DNA from: an uncultured Planctomycetota bacterium
GTDB taxonomy: Bacteria > Planctomycetota > Planctomycetia > Isosphaerales > Isosphaeraceae
Reading direction: 5' to 3'
Assembly (NCBI GenBank): GCA_963845755.1
Contig: CAWJTV010000026.1
Coordinates: forward strand, 96,001-160,000
DNA: 64,000 bases
Both the position numbers and the translations under genes were made by a program. The notes under the pieces were generated by a model, which saw only the letters and a program-made list of their open reading frames with translations, made no database searches and was not told the origin of the DNA. The number at the start of each line of letters is the position of its first letter. Within the stretch, counting starts at the first letter, position 1. Positions 1 through 10,095 of the stretch are shown here, piece after piece.

Positions 1-1591
1 TCGGGCAGCGCGATCCGGCACACCAGGACCTGGTCAAGGCATCCGACCTGCTGGGCCAGATCCCCGTCGGACCCGAGCGCGACCGGGAACTGGCAGCCGT
101 CCACCAGGCCCGCGCCCAGGTCTGCATCGACGAGAGTCGCCGGACCGAGGCCGTCGACGAGCTGCGGCGCGCGCTGGCGCGTACTCGACCCACTGCGGGA
201 TGCTTCCGTCGAGGTCCGCGATCGCCGTGCCTTCCACGTCCAGGAGGCCGACGCGCACTCCAGGCTGGCCCTCCAGCTTTCCTTCCTGAACCGCTTCGAT
301 GAGGCCCGCAAGGCCTTCCGACAGGCTCGTTCCTCGCTGGAGCGGCTCATCGCGACGGATCCCGACGAGTCTTTTCGATATCGGTTGTCCGCCCTCGAGC
401 ATAACGAGGCGCTCGCGGATATGCTCCAGACCGACTACGCCGCCGCCGCGGGGCACCTGGGCCGCGCCGTCCAGCTCCAGGACGAGCTCCGCAAATCCTG
501 CGCCGGACGTGGTCCACTACCGCCGGGACCAGGCCAACTCGCTCCAGGGGCTCTCTAGGGCCCTGGGACAACTGGGGAGGCTCGCCGAGGCCATCGAGGC
601 GAGCCGTCGGGCGATCGACCTCCTGGGGCACCTCGCCGCCGACTACCCGACCGTCCCGGAATACCGCTTCCTGCTGGCTGCGGCACACCACAACCTGGCT
701 GCCGCCTTCTACGATAACAGCCGCCTCGAATCCGCACGGGAGGAATACCGGCGCGCGATCGAAGCGATGGACGTGCTGATGCGGCGCGAGCCGACGAACC
801 CGGCCTATCTCCGCGACCTGGCCAACTCGCACATGTGGCTGGGAAATGTCGAGAAGAGGCTTCGAGAACCGGACGAAGCGGCCCGGGAGATTACCCGGGC
901 CCGCGACCTCTTCGCCGAGGCGGCCCGCCTACGCCCTGAGTCGCCCGAGTATCGCTTCAGCATCGCGGCAGCCGAGCACAACATGGCCGACGCCCTCGAG
1001 CACACCGGCCGTCTGGATCTGGCCGAGCAGGGATACCGGCAGTCTCAGCGGATCCTCACGGAGTTGTTCGCGCACGCCCCCGATAACGGGCTCTACGCCC
1101 GTGACCTGGCCAATTCCGGCGCCCACCTCGGCCGCAGCCTCCTGGCCCGGGGCCAGCGCTCGGGCGCCATCGTGGAGCTGACTCGGGCCCTGGAGCTCTG
1201 GGATGGGCTCCTCGCCCGGACGCCCCGCGATCCGGACGACGTCGAGAGTCGTGCCTGGACCCTGATCCTCCTCGGCCGGATCGATGAGGCCATCCAGGCC
1301 GCCGAAACGCTGGCCGACGGGAAGCATCCCTACGCGGCCGCCTGCATCCTGGCGTACCACCTGGCGCGACCGGGCCGCGACCCGTTCGCCGCCGCCCGGA
1401 TCCCCGAAGACCGGGGCGACGCCCTCGCCGATCGCGCCCTGCCTCTCCTCGCCCGGGCCGTCGCCCAGGGCGAGGCCACGCGCCAGCGCATCGAGGACGA
1501 CGAGCAACTCGACGCACTCCGCGCCCGCTTCCCGGCATTGTTCGACCTCCTGCTCGACCGCAACTTCCCGTCCGACCCGTTCGCCCACTGA
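1..1591 (+). CDS. TPR-repeat protein, C-terminal part (5' end outside window), two apparent frameshifts near 180 and 499; probably the tail of a planctomycete Ser/Thr kinase-TPR protein
   Basis: Helical TPR-like units (e.g. PEYRFLLAAAHHNLA, PAYLRDLANSHMWLG) read continuously across three frames. The end (PYAAACILA...LLDRNFPSDPFAH) is typical of planctomycete kinase-TPR proteins. Confidence 0.75.
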
Positions 1592-1846
1592 GAGTCTGTT
1601 CCCTAAGTCCCCTCCTGAGCCCCCGGATGGGGGCGGAAGCACGTAGCCAGGGGCGTGAGCCCCTGGACGCGGGGAGTTCCTCCGATCCGGGGAGCCCCGG
1701 AGGGGCGACAGACACCCTCTGGCCCTGAGGACGTCTGTCGCCCCTCCGGGGCTCGAACGAAGGGCGAGGGGGTCGCGGTCGATCGTCCAGGGGCTCACGC
1801 CCCTGGCTACGTCCGGTCGCCCCTCTGGGGCTCTTGGAACCGACTC
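1592..1846. mobile_element. 255-bp MITE with REP-like palindromic interior, TSD TGA
   Basis: Ends GAGTCTGTTCC / GGAACCGACTC (imperfect inverted repeat), flanked by TGA at 1589-1591 and 1847-1849. The interior has inverted pairs GTAGCCAGGGGCGTGAGCCCCTGG / CCAGGGGCTCACGCCCCTGGCTAC and AGCCCCGGAGGGGCGACAGAC / GTCTGTCGCCCCTCCGGGGCT. Confidence 0.75.
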
Positions 1847-2066
1847 TGAGCGGTTTCCCCGCGGTCTCAAGCGGTCGGCAGGAATTCAGTGACCCAGGGT
1901 CGGGATGTCGTCGGCTCCTGCCGAAGGGCCATCGGGGCTCGCAGGAAGGGAGGGAGCCGGCGGTTGCCCGTTACCGCAGACCCGGGAGTCTGCGGTAACG
2001 GACTGATCCGCTCGGGGTTCTTCGCTCGATAAGTCAGGCTTGGGCCGTAGGGCTGAGCGGGTAGGC

Positions 2067-2789
2067 TCAGGCACCCGAAGCCCTTCGTCGCCTCAAACCG
2101 CAGCCGATCAGGCCCAGCGCGGCCGTGCAGCCGAGCAACAGGCTCGAAGGCTCGGGGACGGACGCGGTCATGATCGTCCCCGAAAACGAGGTCTTCTGGT
2201 CAGAGTGGTTGGCAGTGAGTTGGGTGAGGCTCTCTGCCGGGAGAAATTGGAATGTGATCGAGACGACGCCACCACTGAAATTCGCGTCGTTGCGAACCTC
2301 AACCAGGTCGGCGTTTGTGCCGGTGTAGACGACATTCGACAGATTGATGGCCCCGGACACGTCAACCGTCCCGCCCGTCCCCACCGTGTCTATGTCCACG
2401 CCGGTGATCGTTGCGGTTAACGAATGCAGGGCGCCATCCGTGATCGTGAGGAGGCCGCCGCTCGTGGAGACCGGCGCCATCTGCAACGGACCGAGTGTAA
2501 CGATCGACGCCTTCGTATACGAGAACGTCCCGCCGATCGTCCCGTGAAGCCCGACAGAATCACCGACCCCGTTACTGGAGGTGATGTCGAAACCTTGACC
2601 CGATCCATTGTTATTGAATTCAAAGGTTGTCCCCGTCCCCGAGCCCTTGAATTCGACATTCGCCCCTACGTCAGAGGATATGTCCAGGGTCAGACCCGCT
2701 CGGGCATCCGGTCCGAAGCAGAGTCCGAGGAGGGCTGCCAGCGCCCAAGTCAGCGACTTCGTTCTTGCAATAGCGCAAAGATGTCTCAT
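2067..2789 (-). CDS. PEP-CTERM sorting-domain surface protein (240 aa)
   Basis: N-terminal signal peptide (…PDARAG), Gly/Ser/Thr-rich beta domain, C-terminal VPEPSSLLL + TM + RRRR. Confidence 0.9.
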   Translation of the reverse strand: MRHLCAIARTKSLTWALAALLGLCFGPDARAGLTLDISSDVGANVEFKGSGTGTTFEFNNNGSGQGFDITSSNGVGDSVGLHGTIGGTFSYTKASIVTLGPLQMAPVSTSGGLLTITDGALHSLTATITGVDIDTVGTGGTVDVSGAINLSNVVYTGTNADLVEVRNDANFSGGVVSITFQFLPAESLTQLTANHSDQKTSFSGTIMTASVPEPSSLLLGCTAALGLIGCGLRRRRASGA

Positions 2790-2992
2790 CTAGGTGGATC
2801 TACCTTTCTGGGGCCACGCCCCAGCTCTCGGCCTCCGATGTTCGGAGTTCGTATTGAGAGAGCCAGGTGGAGACCATGCCCGAACCGCACTCTATCGGGG
2901 ACACCGAACCGCAGCAAGCATGGTTGCAATAAAGGAGCGCCCGGATCGAGAAATGTTGAAATCGCAGGACAGAGTGTCGGCTTTCGGAAGCA

Positions 2993-3124
2993 TTAGTCCG
3001 TGTCGATCCGGCGGCGGACCCCGATTCGTGATTCGCCATTCCCGATTCCCGAATCATTCCCCGTTGGGAATCTGGAATCGCGAATCGGGAATCCCGATGG
3101 GGTTGCGGCCGAAGGTCGCGTTAG
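2993..3124 (-). repeat. CTAA-bounded hairpin/heptamer-repeat element, copy 1 (homologous to 44048-44202)
   Basis: The reverse complement starts CTAACGCGACCTTCGGCCGCAACC, continues through GATTCCC/GGAATCG heptamers and ends CTAA. It aligns with 44048-44150 over about 100 bp. Confidence 0.75.
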
Positions 3125-3347
3125 GTTGCCGGCCGGTCTCTTGGTGTGCCGTTGCTATGTCCTCCCGCGCGGCACACTGGACGGGTCCGGCGAATCGACG
3201 AGGCGGGAGTGTCGGCCGGCCCGGCCTGATGGCGGCTTGTAACCTTCGAATCAGCGACCGCCCGAACGCCGTTCGACCCCTTCGGCCGAGGTGGACACCG
3301 TCATCAACTGTCCGGCCTCGGCATTATTCCTCGACGGAGAGCGGGAC

Positions 3348-3437
3348 ATGACAACAACGAGGATCGTGATTGTTCTGCTGATCGCGATCTTGGGCGTCTT
3401 GCTGATACGATATGCCATGAAGCGGGGCGGCACATGA
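3348..3437 (+). CDS. Putative 29-aa single-TM small protein
   Basis: GGAG upstream. MTTTRIVIVLLIAILGVLLIRYAMKRGGT* has a hydrophobic core and basic tail. Confidence 0.4.
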   Translation: MTTTRIVIVLLIAILGVLLIRYAMKRGGT

Positions 3438-3571
3438 TCGGTCGAGATCCGTGGGTCTCGGCGCCATCCACCAGGCGGAGCCACAATGTTCCGAGTCGGC
3501 CGCCAGGGCGAGGGCATCGCCGCTGGGTCGTTTTGGGCGCTCTTACCAAAAGCGTGTCGGTACCAGGCTGA

Positions 3572-3985
3572 CTACCCGGGAGAAACCGGCGCCGCCTCGC
3601 TGTTCGGAGCCCGCTTGGCGGGATTACGCCCGGCGCGAGACGTGCGTCGCCACCGGGGGGCCGACCGGCCGACGTAACGGGGCTCGCCGCCTTGCTCATT
3701 CTCCTGGCCGTCGCCGAGGGAACCGGTCTGATCGGATCTGGACTTGACTTGCAGGAAGCTAGACCGCGACCTGATGAAGCCGGCGCCCGCCGTCAGACAC
3801 GCCAGGTTCGCCACGATGATCAAGGCCACCAGGATCGTCGTCGCTTCCGACTTGCCCCGCCGCAGCCACGAATAAACACATGCTGTCAGCGTGGCGATCA
3901 AGACCGCCAGGATCAACGCCCCGATGAGCGTTTCCGGCCCTAAATCCAGGAGCAGGTCGATCGTCAATCCGACCGGTTGGGGCAT
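3572..3985 (-). CDS. Hypothetical membrane protein (137 aa, two TM helices)
   Basis: RBS AAGGAG…GGAGG before the ATG at 3985. Two hydrophobic segments (ALILAVLIATLTACVYSWL; TILVALIIVANLACLTAG). Confidence 0.6.
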   Translation of the reverse strand: MPQPVGLTIDLLLDLGPETLIGALILAVLIATLTACVYSWLRRGKSEATTILVALIIVANLACLTAGAGFIRSRSSFLQVKSRSDQTGSLGDGQENEQGGEPRYVGRSAPRWRRTSRAGRNPAKRAPNSEAAPVSPG

Positions 3986-4010
3986 GCCTCCAACTCCTTC
4001 TTTCTTACTG

Positions 4011-4072
4011 GCTGTTTCAAAACGGGGACTGGCTCCGAGTCTTCGAGGTGCCTGTCCCCCTTTTGAAACAGC
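4011..4072. mobile_element. 62-bp miniature inverted-repeat element with REP-like core
   Basis: Perfect 12-bp IR GCTGTTTCAAAA / TTTTGAAACAGC enclosing GGGGACTGGCTCC…GGTGCCTGTCCCC. TSD not resolved. Confidence 0.6.
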
Positions 4073-4487
4073 TCCTTCATGCTGCGAGCGCGGTGGCGAG
4101 GCCGTAATGCTCCCCCGCTGAAAAAGCCACGTGCAGGGCGGCTTCGCTACCGTCCTTGCCGGAATACCTAATTCTCTCAGCGTCGTCCGCTCGCGCTGTG
4201 TCCCCAAAAAACCGTGTCGGCTCGGGCGGCGAGAATCGGAAATCGCTCCCGCAATCGCCGCGCAGCTCGTCGCGACGCGCCGTGGACCAGGAGAATGCGC
4301 CGGCATGGTGCCGGACGGCGGCGATCCTCCACCGATTACCCCACAAGAGGCAACGTGTCTCGCTCCGTTCCCCGCCGCATTCATATCGATGAACGTCGAA
4401 CACCTGTTAGAGCCGCCGCCTCGCCACGGGCAGGCTCCGCTCGTAATGCGGCGATCCCGGCCCGGTCCGCCGCTGAGGGCCACTCGA

Positions 4488-5510
4488 TCATGGGCCACCG
4501 AGGGCCTGGATTCGATCGGTCGCCGTCCTGGCCTCCGTCGTCCCCGGAAACTCCCTGGCGATCCTGCGATACCGGACAATCGACGCGTCAGGCTTGTCCG
4601 ACTTCTCCAGGTTCCGCGCGACGCGCAGCAGCATGGTCGCCCGGTTCGACTTCGGCGCCGGCTTGCGGGCCGCCTCGCGCAGGGTCGGCCCCGGAATAAT
4701 TCGTGGCAGCGCGATTTCCAGGCTTGAGACCGGGATCCTGACGAACTTGGCCAGCGTCCAGCCGATCCGGCCTTTCCAGGGGCCTTCGACGATCCGCAGT
4801 TCCGCGACGTCGCGATCGTCGATCTCGTGGCGTTTCACGACCCGCACCCCGGTCATCCACTCGAGGCTGGCGACCCGGCCGCTGGCGATCAGCTCATCCC
4901 TCGCGGCGTAATCCTTGGCCTCCATCGATTTGAGCAATTCCCGGAACGCGAAGTCATCCTCCGCGACCAGCGTCGGGGCGTGATCGCCCGTGCTCAGCGA
5001 TCCGAGCTTTCCGGGGGTAGGATCGGCGAATTCGTGCCGGATCGCAAGGGCGGGGGATCGGCCCAACTCGGGATTCGGCCCGTCGTGGTCCGCGAGGTAT
5101 GGGGCGGGAATCCAGCGGGGTTGCGGGAATCTCTCCGCGTAGACCGCGTCAAGGAACTTGATCCGGGCGAGCCCCCCGGAAACCTCGACGACCTCGACCT
5201 CCGTCCCATTCGCGATCGCTTCCATATTGTCGTGCCACAGCGCCCGGATGTGAGACGCGTCCCTTTCCCCGGCGGCGTCAAGGAACTCGCGATAGGCGGC
5301 CTCGTCGCGGAAGGCGGGAACACGGCCGTCGAGATCGTCGATCCGGCCGTTCGGCGCCCGGACCTTGACCCTGTCCCCCGGCTTCGGCAACTCCGCCGCG
5401 GGGTTGACATCGGCCTGGACAGCGGCCTTCACTGCGGGCATTCCCGGCGCCGAAGCCTTGGCTAGCGGGGCCGGGGCGACGAGAACCGAAGCGATCAACG
5501 CGGAGAGCAT
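4488..5510 (-). CDS. Secreted hypothetical protein (340 aa) with two related beta-rich domains and a C-terminal TPR-like helix pair
   Basis: GGGAG RBS, signal-like MLSALIASVLVAPAPLAKA, two similar units (…DEAAYREFLDAA…GTEVEVVE…; …DDFAFRELLKSM…TGVRVVK…), C-terminal RYRRIAREFPGTTEA. Confidence 0.65.
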   Translation of the reverse strand: MLSALIASVLVAPAPLAKASAPGMPAVKAAVQADVNPAAELPKPGDRVKVRAPNGRIDDLDGRVPAFRDEAAYREFLDAAGERDASHIRALWHDNMEAIANGTEVEVVEVSGGLARIKFLDAVYAERFPQPRWIPAPYLADHDGPNPELGRSPALAIRHEFADPTPGKLGSLSTGDHAPTLVAEDDFAFRELLKSMEAKDYAARDELIASGRVASLEWMTGVRVVKRHEIDDRDVAELRIVEGPWKGRIGWTLAKFVRIPVSSLEIALPRIIPGPTLREAARKPAPKSNRATMLLRVARNLEKSDKPDASIVRYRRIAREFPGTTEARTATDRIQALGGP

Positions 5511-5884
5511 CGGATCGACTCCCGTGGGCAAGATTCGGATCATGAGGGGATTCGTCCACTCTCTCGGAAGATTACCGATTCGGCGCCCGTGTCCACAAGC
5601 CAGTGCAAGAAGCCCTGACCAGACTTCTCCATCGCCTGGTCGGCAACCGCTCGGCACGCCCTGCCTACGCAGGGCCGCTCAGTCTATAGAGGGGAGGTCG
5701 GACGAGGGACACAGCACACTCCCAGCCCACCCAGCCGATATGTGTGCTGTCTCCGTTTTCTCGTCCGTCCCCGAGCGTCTCCTGTCTACCCCCTTTGATC
5801 TACGCCCCAATCGTTTCCGAGCTCTATACCACCGGCCTACCCGGCCAAACCATTCTCCGATAGGATGATCTCGGGAGGACTACC

Positions 5885-6085
5885 ATGACGACCACGAACC
5901 ATCCATCGAATACGCGAACGGACCTGGAATACGCGCTTCACCTGATCATGACGGGCCAGAAAGCCCCGGCGTTTGCGGCGCGCGTGCAAGCGCAGACGGA
6001 GAAGATCGCCGAAGACATCCAGAGAAAACACGGCATCCTGAACGTGGCCGTGGATCTGATCCGCGAAGTTCGTGACGAAGCATGA
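5885..6085 (+). CDS. Probable antitoxin (66 aa) of a VapBC-type pair
   Basis: GGAGG RBS. Its stop overlaps the ATG of the downstream PIN gene (ATGA); C-terminus AVDLIREVRDE. Confidence 0.65.
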   Translation: MTTTNHPSNTRTDLEYALHLIMTGQKAPAFAARVQAQTEKIAEDIQRKHGILNVAVDLIREVRDEA

Positions 6086-6739
6086 GATACGTCCTGGACA
6101 GCAACATCGGACTGGAATGGGTGCTGACCGAGGCCGACTCGGACAAGGCGCGGCGGCTGAGAAGCGAGTATCAGAACCAGGTTCACGAATTACTCGCTCC
6201 CGATGTGTTTCCTGTGGAGGTCGCGCACGCCCTTGCGAAAGCGGAGCGACGGGGAATTATTGACACTCCTCGCTCATCACCACCTCGGTTCGACAGAGTT
6301 CTCTACGCCAACGGCGTTGCACAGCAAAGCCCAGGGTCGCCGCAGGCGCACCCTGGGAACGTCGAGTCGCCACCGAGTTCCGGTTTCCCTCTCCTCCGGC
6401 GCACCCCAACGGGGTTTCCCCAGCCCGACGCTCCGGTTCGCCTGGGGAGGAAGTTCCCGACCCAGGGTGCGCCTGCGGCGAACCTGGGCTTTGCTCTTAA
6501 CGCCTTTGGCGTAAGGGTTGCCGCGGAATCCCGCTCGTCGGTTCATGAACCGAGTGGTGTTCGGCGAGAAGTGTCGAATTATTCCCCAGGGGGACGCGGA
6601 CCGGCTGTTGACGAACGTCCTCTCGACGCCACCATAACTGCATACATATCTGCCCTTGCTCAAGAGGGCACCCGACATCGCCTCCCCGGAACGCATCGGA
6701 GTTTATGATTGTCTTTACGTGGCTCTGGCGGAGCGGGAG
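6082..6739 (+). pseudogene. vapC: PIN-domain (VapC-like) toxin pseudogene
   Basis: MRYVLDSN…EVAHALAKAERRGII, then the MITE, then PQGDADRLLTNVLSTPP*LHTYLPLLKRA…IGVYDCLYVALAERE (PIN YD.LY.ALA motif). In-frame TAA at 6635-6637; 3' end truncated by IS66. Confidence 0.85.
6262..6575. mobile_element. 314-bp MITE (GACACT family) inserted in vapC, 8-bp TSD GAATTATT
   Basis: About 30-bp imperfect TIRs GACACTCCTCGCTCATCACCACCTCGGTTC / revcomp GACACTTCTCGCCGAACACCACTCGGTTC. TSD at 6254-6261 and 6576-6583. Removing the element restores the PIN reading frame. Confidence 0.9.
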
Positions 6740-8274
6740 GTATCCGTTCACACCCCTCGAACCTTTTGTACAGTCAGTTCGTATTACTGTATATGAACCC
6801 GCAGCCTCCGATCCCTGAACCCCTCTGGAACACCATACCGGCGGACGCCCAGGCTGCCCTTCGGGATGCCTGGAAATCGCTGGAGGATCGGATTGCCGAG
6901 TTGGAGGCCACGGTGCGCGATCTCCAAGCCCGGCTCCAACTCAATTCCACCAACTCGTCCAAGCCGCCTTCGTCCGACCCGATCGGCCTGAAGCGAAAGC
7001 CACCGACTCCGCCCTCTCCGCGAAAACGGGGTGGGCAGCCCGGCCATCGCAAGGCGTTTCGCGCCTTGGTCCCTCCCGAGAAACTCCGCTCCTCCCAGGA
7101 CTGCAAGCCCTGCGCCTGTCGGCGCTGTGGGCATGCGCTGCTCGGTGAGGACCCCAATCCCCGGATTCATCAGGTCGCCGAACTGCCCAAGATCGAGCCC
7201 CTGGTCGACGAATACCGGTTGCATCGCCTGGCGTGCCCGGATTGTGGGGAGACCACCTGCGGCACCCTGCCCGAGGGCGTTCCCACGGTCAGCTTTGGCC
7301 CCGACTTGCAGGCCACCTTGGCCACCTTGGCTGGGGCCTACCGCCTGAGCAAGCGGCAGATCCAGCAACTGGCCAGCGACCTGTTCGGGCTGTCGATCTC
7401 CACCGGGATGATCAGCAAGCTGGAGCGGCAGTCGGCTGGGGTGTTGGAGGCCCCCTACAACGAATTGGCCACCGCGGTCCACACGGCGGGGGTGATCCAC
7501 GCCGATGAGACCTCGTGGCGTCAGGAGCGGGGCAAGGTCTGGCTGTGGGCGACGGTCGCCGGGCTGATCACGGTCTTCACGATCGCCCGCAACCGTAATG
7601 CCCAGGTGGCCCAGGCCGTGCTGGGGACCCAAGAGGGCTCGATCGCGGTGACCGACCGGTTGGGCTCCTATGACTGGATCGTCGGGGCCAACCGACCGAT
7701 CTGCTGGAGTCATCTCCGCCGCGATTTCCAGGCGATGATCGACCGAGGCGGCGACGCCGAAGCGATCGGCAAGGCGCTGTTGCGACGGTCGGACCGGCTG
7801 TTCCGGTGGTGGCATCGCTACGCGGCCGAGAAAGTGGACTGGGGGCAGTTCCGCACGGCGATGGTCCGGTTGAGGCGCGAAGTCAAAGCGGCGCTGGAAG
7901 ACGGAGTGCGCTGCGAGTGCCCGCGAACGCGGGGGACCTGCGCCGAGATCCTGCGCGTCGAGGAGAGCCTGTGGACCTTCGCGCGGGTTCCGGGAGTGGC
8001 GCCGACCAACAATGCGGCGGAGCGGGCGGTACGGCACGCGGTGATCTGGCGTCGGATCCGCGGGGGTACCGACAGCGCGCAGGGAAGCCGGTTCGTGGAA
8101 CGAATGTTGACGGTGGTGGCCACGTGCCGCCAACAGGGGCGGAACGTGCTGGACTACCTCACATCCTGTTTCGCGGCGGCTCGAAGCGGCCAAGCGATCC
8201 CCTCCCTCTCGCCAGCGACTCCACCAAGGTTCAAAGCCGCTTGATTTCAGCTATCCCGCCCTATGAACCGGTAC
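6740..8274 (+). mobile_element. IS66-family element, single-ORF (ISBst12-like) type
   Basis: Ends GTATCCGTTCA … TGAACCGGTAC. The flanks do not share an 8-bp TSD. Confidence 0.8.
6793..8244 (+). CDS. IS66-family transposase (483 aa)
   Basis: NSSKPPSSD, GGQPGH, CxxC zinc fingers, HADET, CWSHLRRDF and TNNAAERAVR motifs. Confidence 0.95.
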   Translation: MNPQPPIPEPLWNTIPADAQAALRDAWKSLEDRIAELEATVRDLQARLQLNSTNSSKPPSSDPIGLKRKPPTPPSPRKRGGQPGHRKAFRALVPPEKLRSSQDCKPCACRRCGHALLGEDPNPRIHQVAELPKIEPLVDEYRLHRLACPDCGETTCGTLPEGVPTVSFGPDLQATLATLAGAYRLSKRQIQQLASDLFGLSISTGMISKLERQSAGVLEAPYNELATAVHTAGVIHADETSWRQERGKVWLWATVAGLITVFTIARNRNAQVAQAVLGTQEGSIAVTDRLGSYDWIVGANRPICWSHLRRDFQAMIDRGGDAEAIGKALLRRSDRLFRWWHRYAAEKVDWGQFRTAMVRLRREVKAALEDGVRCECPRTRGTCAEILRVEESLWTFARVPGVAPTNNAAERAVRHAVIWRRIRGGTDSAQGSRFVERMLTVVATCRQQGRNVLDYLTSCFAAARSGQAIPSLSPATPPRFKAA

Positions 8275-8633
8275 GATCGAGAACATCGGCTTATCATGAG
8301 CGGATTAAGGTGGTCCGAGCCAAGCTGCGCGGCGAGCGTCTACTCCTGCCCTTGACGGTAGCCCCGGACACCAGCCAACCGCGGGCGGCCATCAGGCGGC
8401 CTCGGCTTGGGCACTCTCTCCGTCCCCCAAGAGCCGCTCGCCCACCCTTGCACCGCCAACCCGACGCGGCTACGATGATCGTACGCCCAAGGCACGCTTT
8501 AACACTGGCTTAATGACGGATCACGTTATCAGCACTTCATTGGCCGGTTCTAGGTTCCCTCGCAAAGCCGGCGTCGCCGGGCAGGATTCCGGCGAGCGAA
8601 TTCAGCGGAAGACATCAAAGGGAGGCACGCACC

Positions 8634-9437
8634 ATGACCGCGCGAGATTCGGGCAAATCAATGGCGGGAATCAAGAGACAAGGTTTTCGCCTCATTATCG
8701 TGGGCTCGATCGTTGCGGCGTCGCTGTCGACGCTGGCAAGACCAGCAGCAGCACAACCACCGGGTGTCACGATCGATCAGCCAAGTCCTCCGACGCCGAT
8801 CATGTTGGAATACTTCGTTGATTCTGACAAGCCACGGACGGTAACGATCCCGGCGAACAGCAGCGCATTAGCGGCTGCCACGATAATTGAGATGGATTAC
8901 AACAAAGCCTTCGGACATGGCGCGGTGCTAACGGACGACACCGTGACGTTCCCCGGTCGGGTCGGTATTTCAGTGGATAATCCTACGCCCGGAGCAGCCT
9001 GGTCGCCCGATTACCTGACAATATCAACTGAAGATGTTACCCCTGCCCTAAAGGGGACGGCCAGTTTTGGACCTGAGGATGGCGACTCGCTAACATCCCC
9101 AGGCAGCTTCTCCTTCACTGGCCCCGCCGGTCTGAATGTGTCGTTCACTGCCGGGATCGGCACGACGGGCGCCGAACTGGCGAGCGAATTGGCGGCGCTG
9201 ATTAACGCGGCGGTTCCGTCTTACGCGGCGGTTGCAGACGGGTACCTAGTAAACTACACCATTCCTCAGGCCGGTACGATGGCGTTCTCACCCAGCGGCC
9301 AAGGGATCGTTTACGACCTGACCGCTGTGCCGGAGCCCTCCGCTCTGATCCTCTCGTGCACGGGCATCCTCGGTCTTTTTGTCTACGTGAGTTTTCTCAG
9401 TGCAAAGGGCCGCCTACGCATGTGGGACCGCACGTGA
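8634..9437 (+). CDS. PEP-CTERM sorting-domain surface protein (267 aa)
   Basis: GGAGG RBS, signal-like segment, C-terminal AVPEPSALIL + TM + basic tail. Confidence 0.8.
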   Translation: MTARDSGKSMAGIKRQGFRLIIVGSIVAASLSTLARPAAAQPPGVTIDQPSPPTPIMLEYFVDSDKPRTVTIPANSSALAAATIIEMDYNKAFGHGAVLTDDTVTFPGRVGISVDNPTPGAAWSPDYLTISTEDVTPALKGTASFGPEDGDSLTSPGSFSFTGPAGLNVSFTAGIGTTGAELASELAALINAAVPSYAAVADGYLVNYTIPQAGTMAFSPSGQGIVYDLTAVPEPSALILSCTGILGLFVYVSFLSAKGRLRMWDRT

Positions 9438-9535
9438 ATTTACGCGCTCCATCGGCGCGGTTTCTGAATGTCGTGCCGCCACTGTCCTGCCGTAATGCGG
9501 TCTGCATTCCGTTGCGAACCCCGTGACGCCGGACG

Positions 9536-10019
9536 CTATGCTCCCGTGCGCAGCACAAGATCGGGCTGGGGCTCGCCGGAACTTGTTGTGATGGTCACCG
9601 TATACGGCAATTGGACGCCCGTACCTGAACCAACTTCCGCCCCGGTGATGGTGACAAAATAATAGTGGCTGCGGTCTCCAGTGACAGTCGGGAGCGCGAC
9701 GGTGCCCTTCCCAGAGTTAGACGCATAGACATCCGCATCGCCGTATCCGCCATAAGGCTCGTCGCTTAGAGCGGCGGAAAAATTTGCAGATGAATCGCTC
9801 GATCCCGCCTGAACCGACACGTTGATCGACGCACCCTGGCCAACCGTGAAACGATAGGTGTCGCCAAGGGGGTCTACCGACGAAACGCTTGTGGAATTGG
9901 AGTACGTCCCCGCTGCATCACCCGTCAAGCTGGTAACGTAAACGGTTAAAAGACGGCGATCCTCCAAACTCTCGCCGCAGGGTCGGAAGCGTATCCGATC
10001 ACGCTGCTTACCAGAGACT
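9536..10019 (-). pseudogene. Truncated LEPR-XLL (planctomycete extracellular) protein; start region cut off by the IS3 element
   Basis: RIRFRPCGESLEDRRLLT matches the planctomycete RRLxxExLExRxLLA-type motif. A PPC-like domain (DTYRFTV…YYFVTI) follows, and the ORF stops abruptly after QPDLV. Confidence 0.7.
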
Positions 10020-10095
10020 TGAGGTGGACCCCTAAAACTGGACCACTCGGGATGTTAAACTGATCAGAGATCACTGTTCCATCCCGAGGAGCATC

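Noticed and set aside
3085..3127. Integron attC site (GTTAGGT core; GCCTAAC at 44046)
   Set aside because: The complementary core is missing at the other end of each element, and there is no cassette array or integrase.
6732..8282. 8-bp TSD for IS66
   Set aside because: The flanks AGCGGGAG and GATCGAGA do not match.
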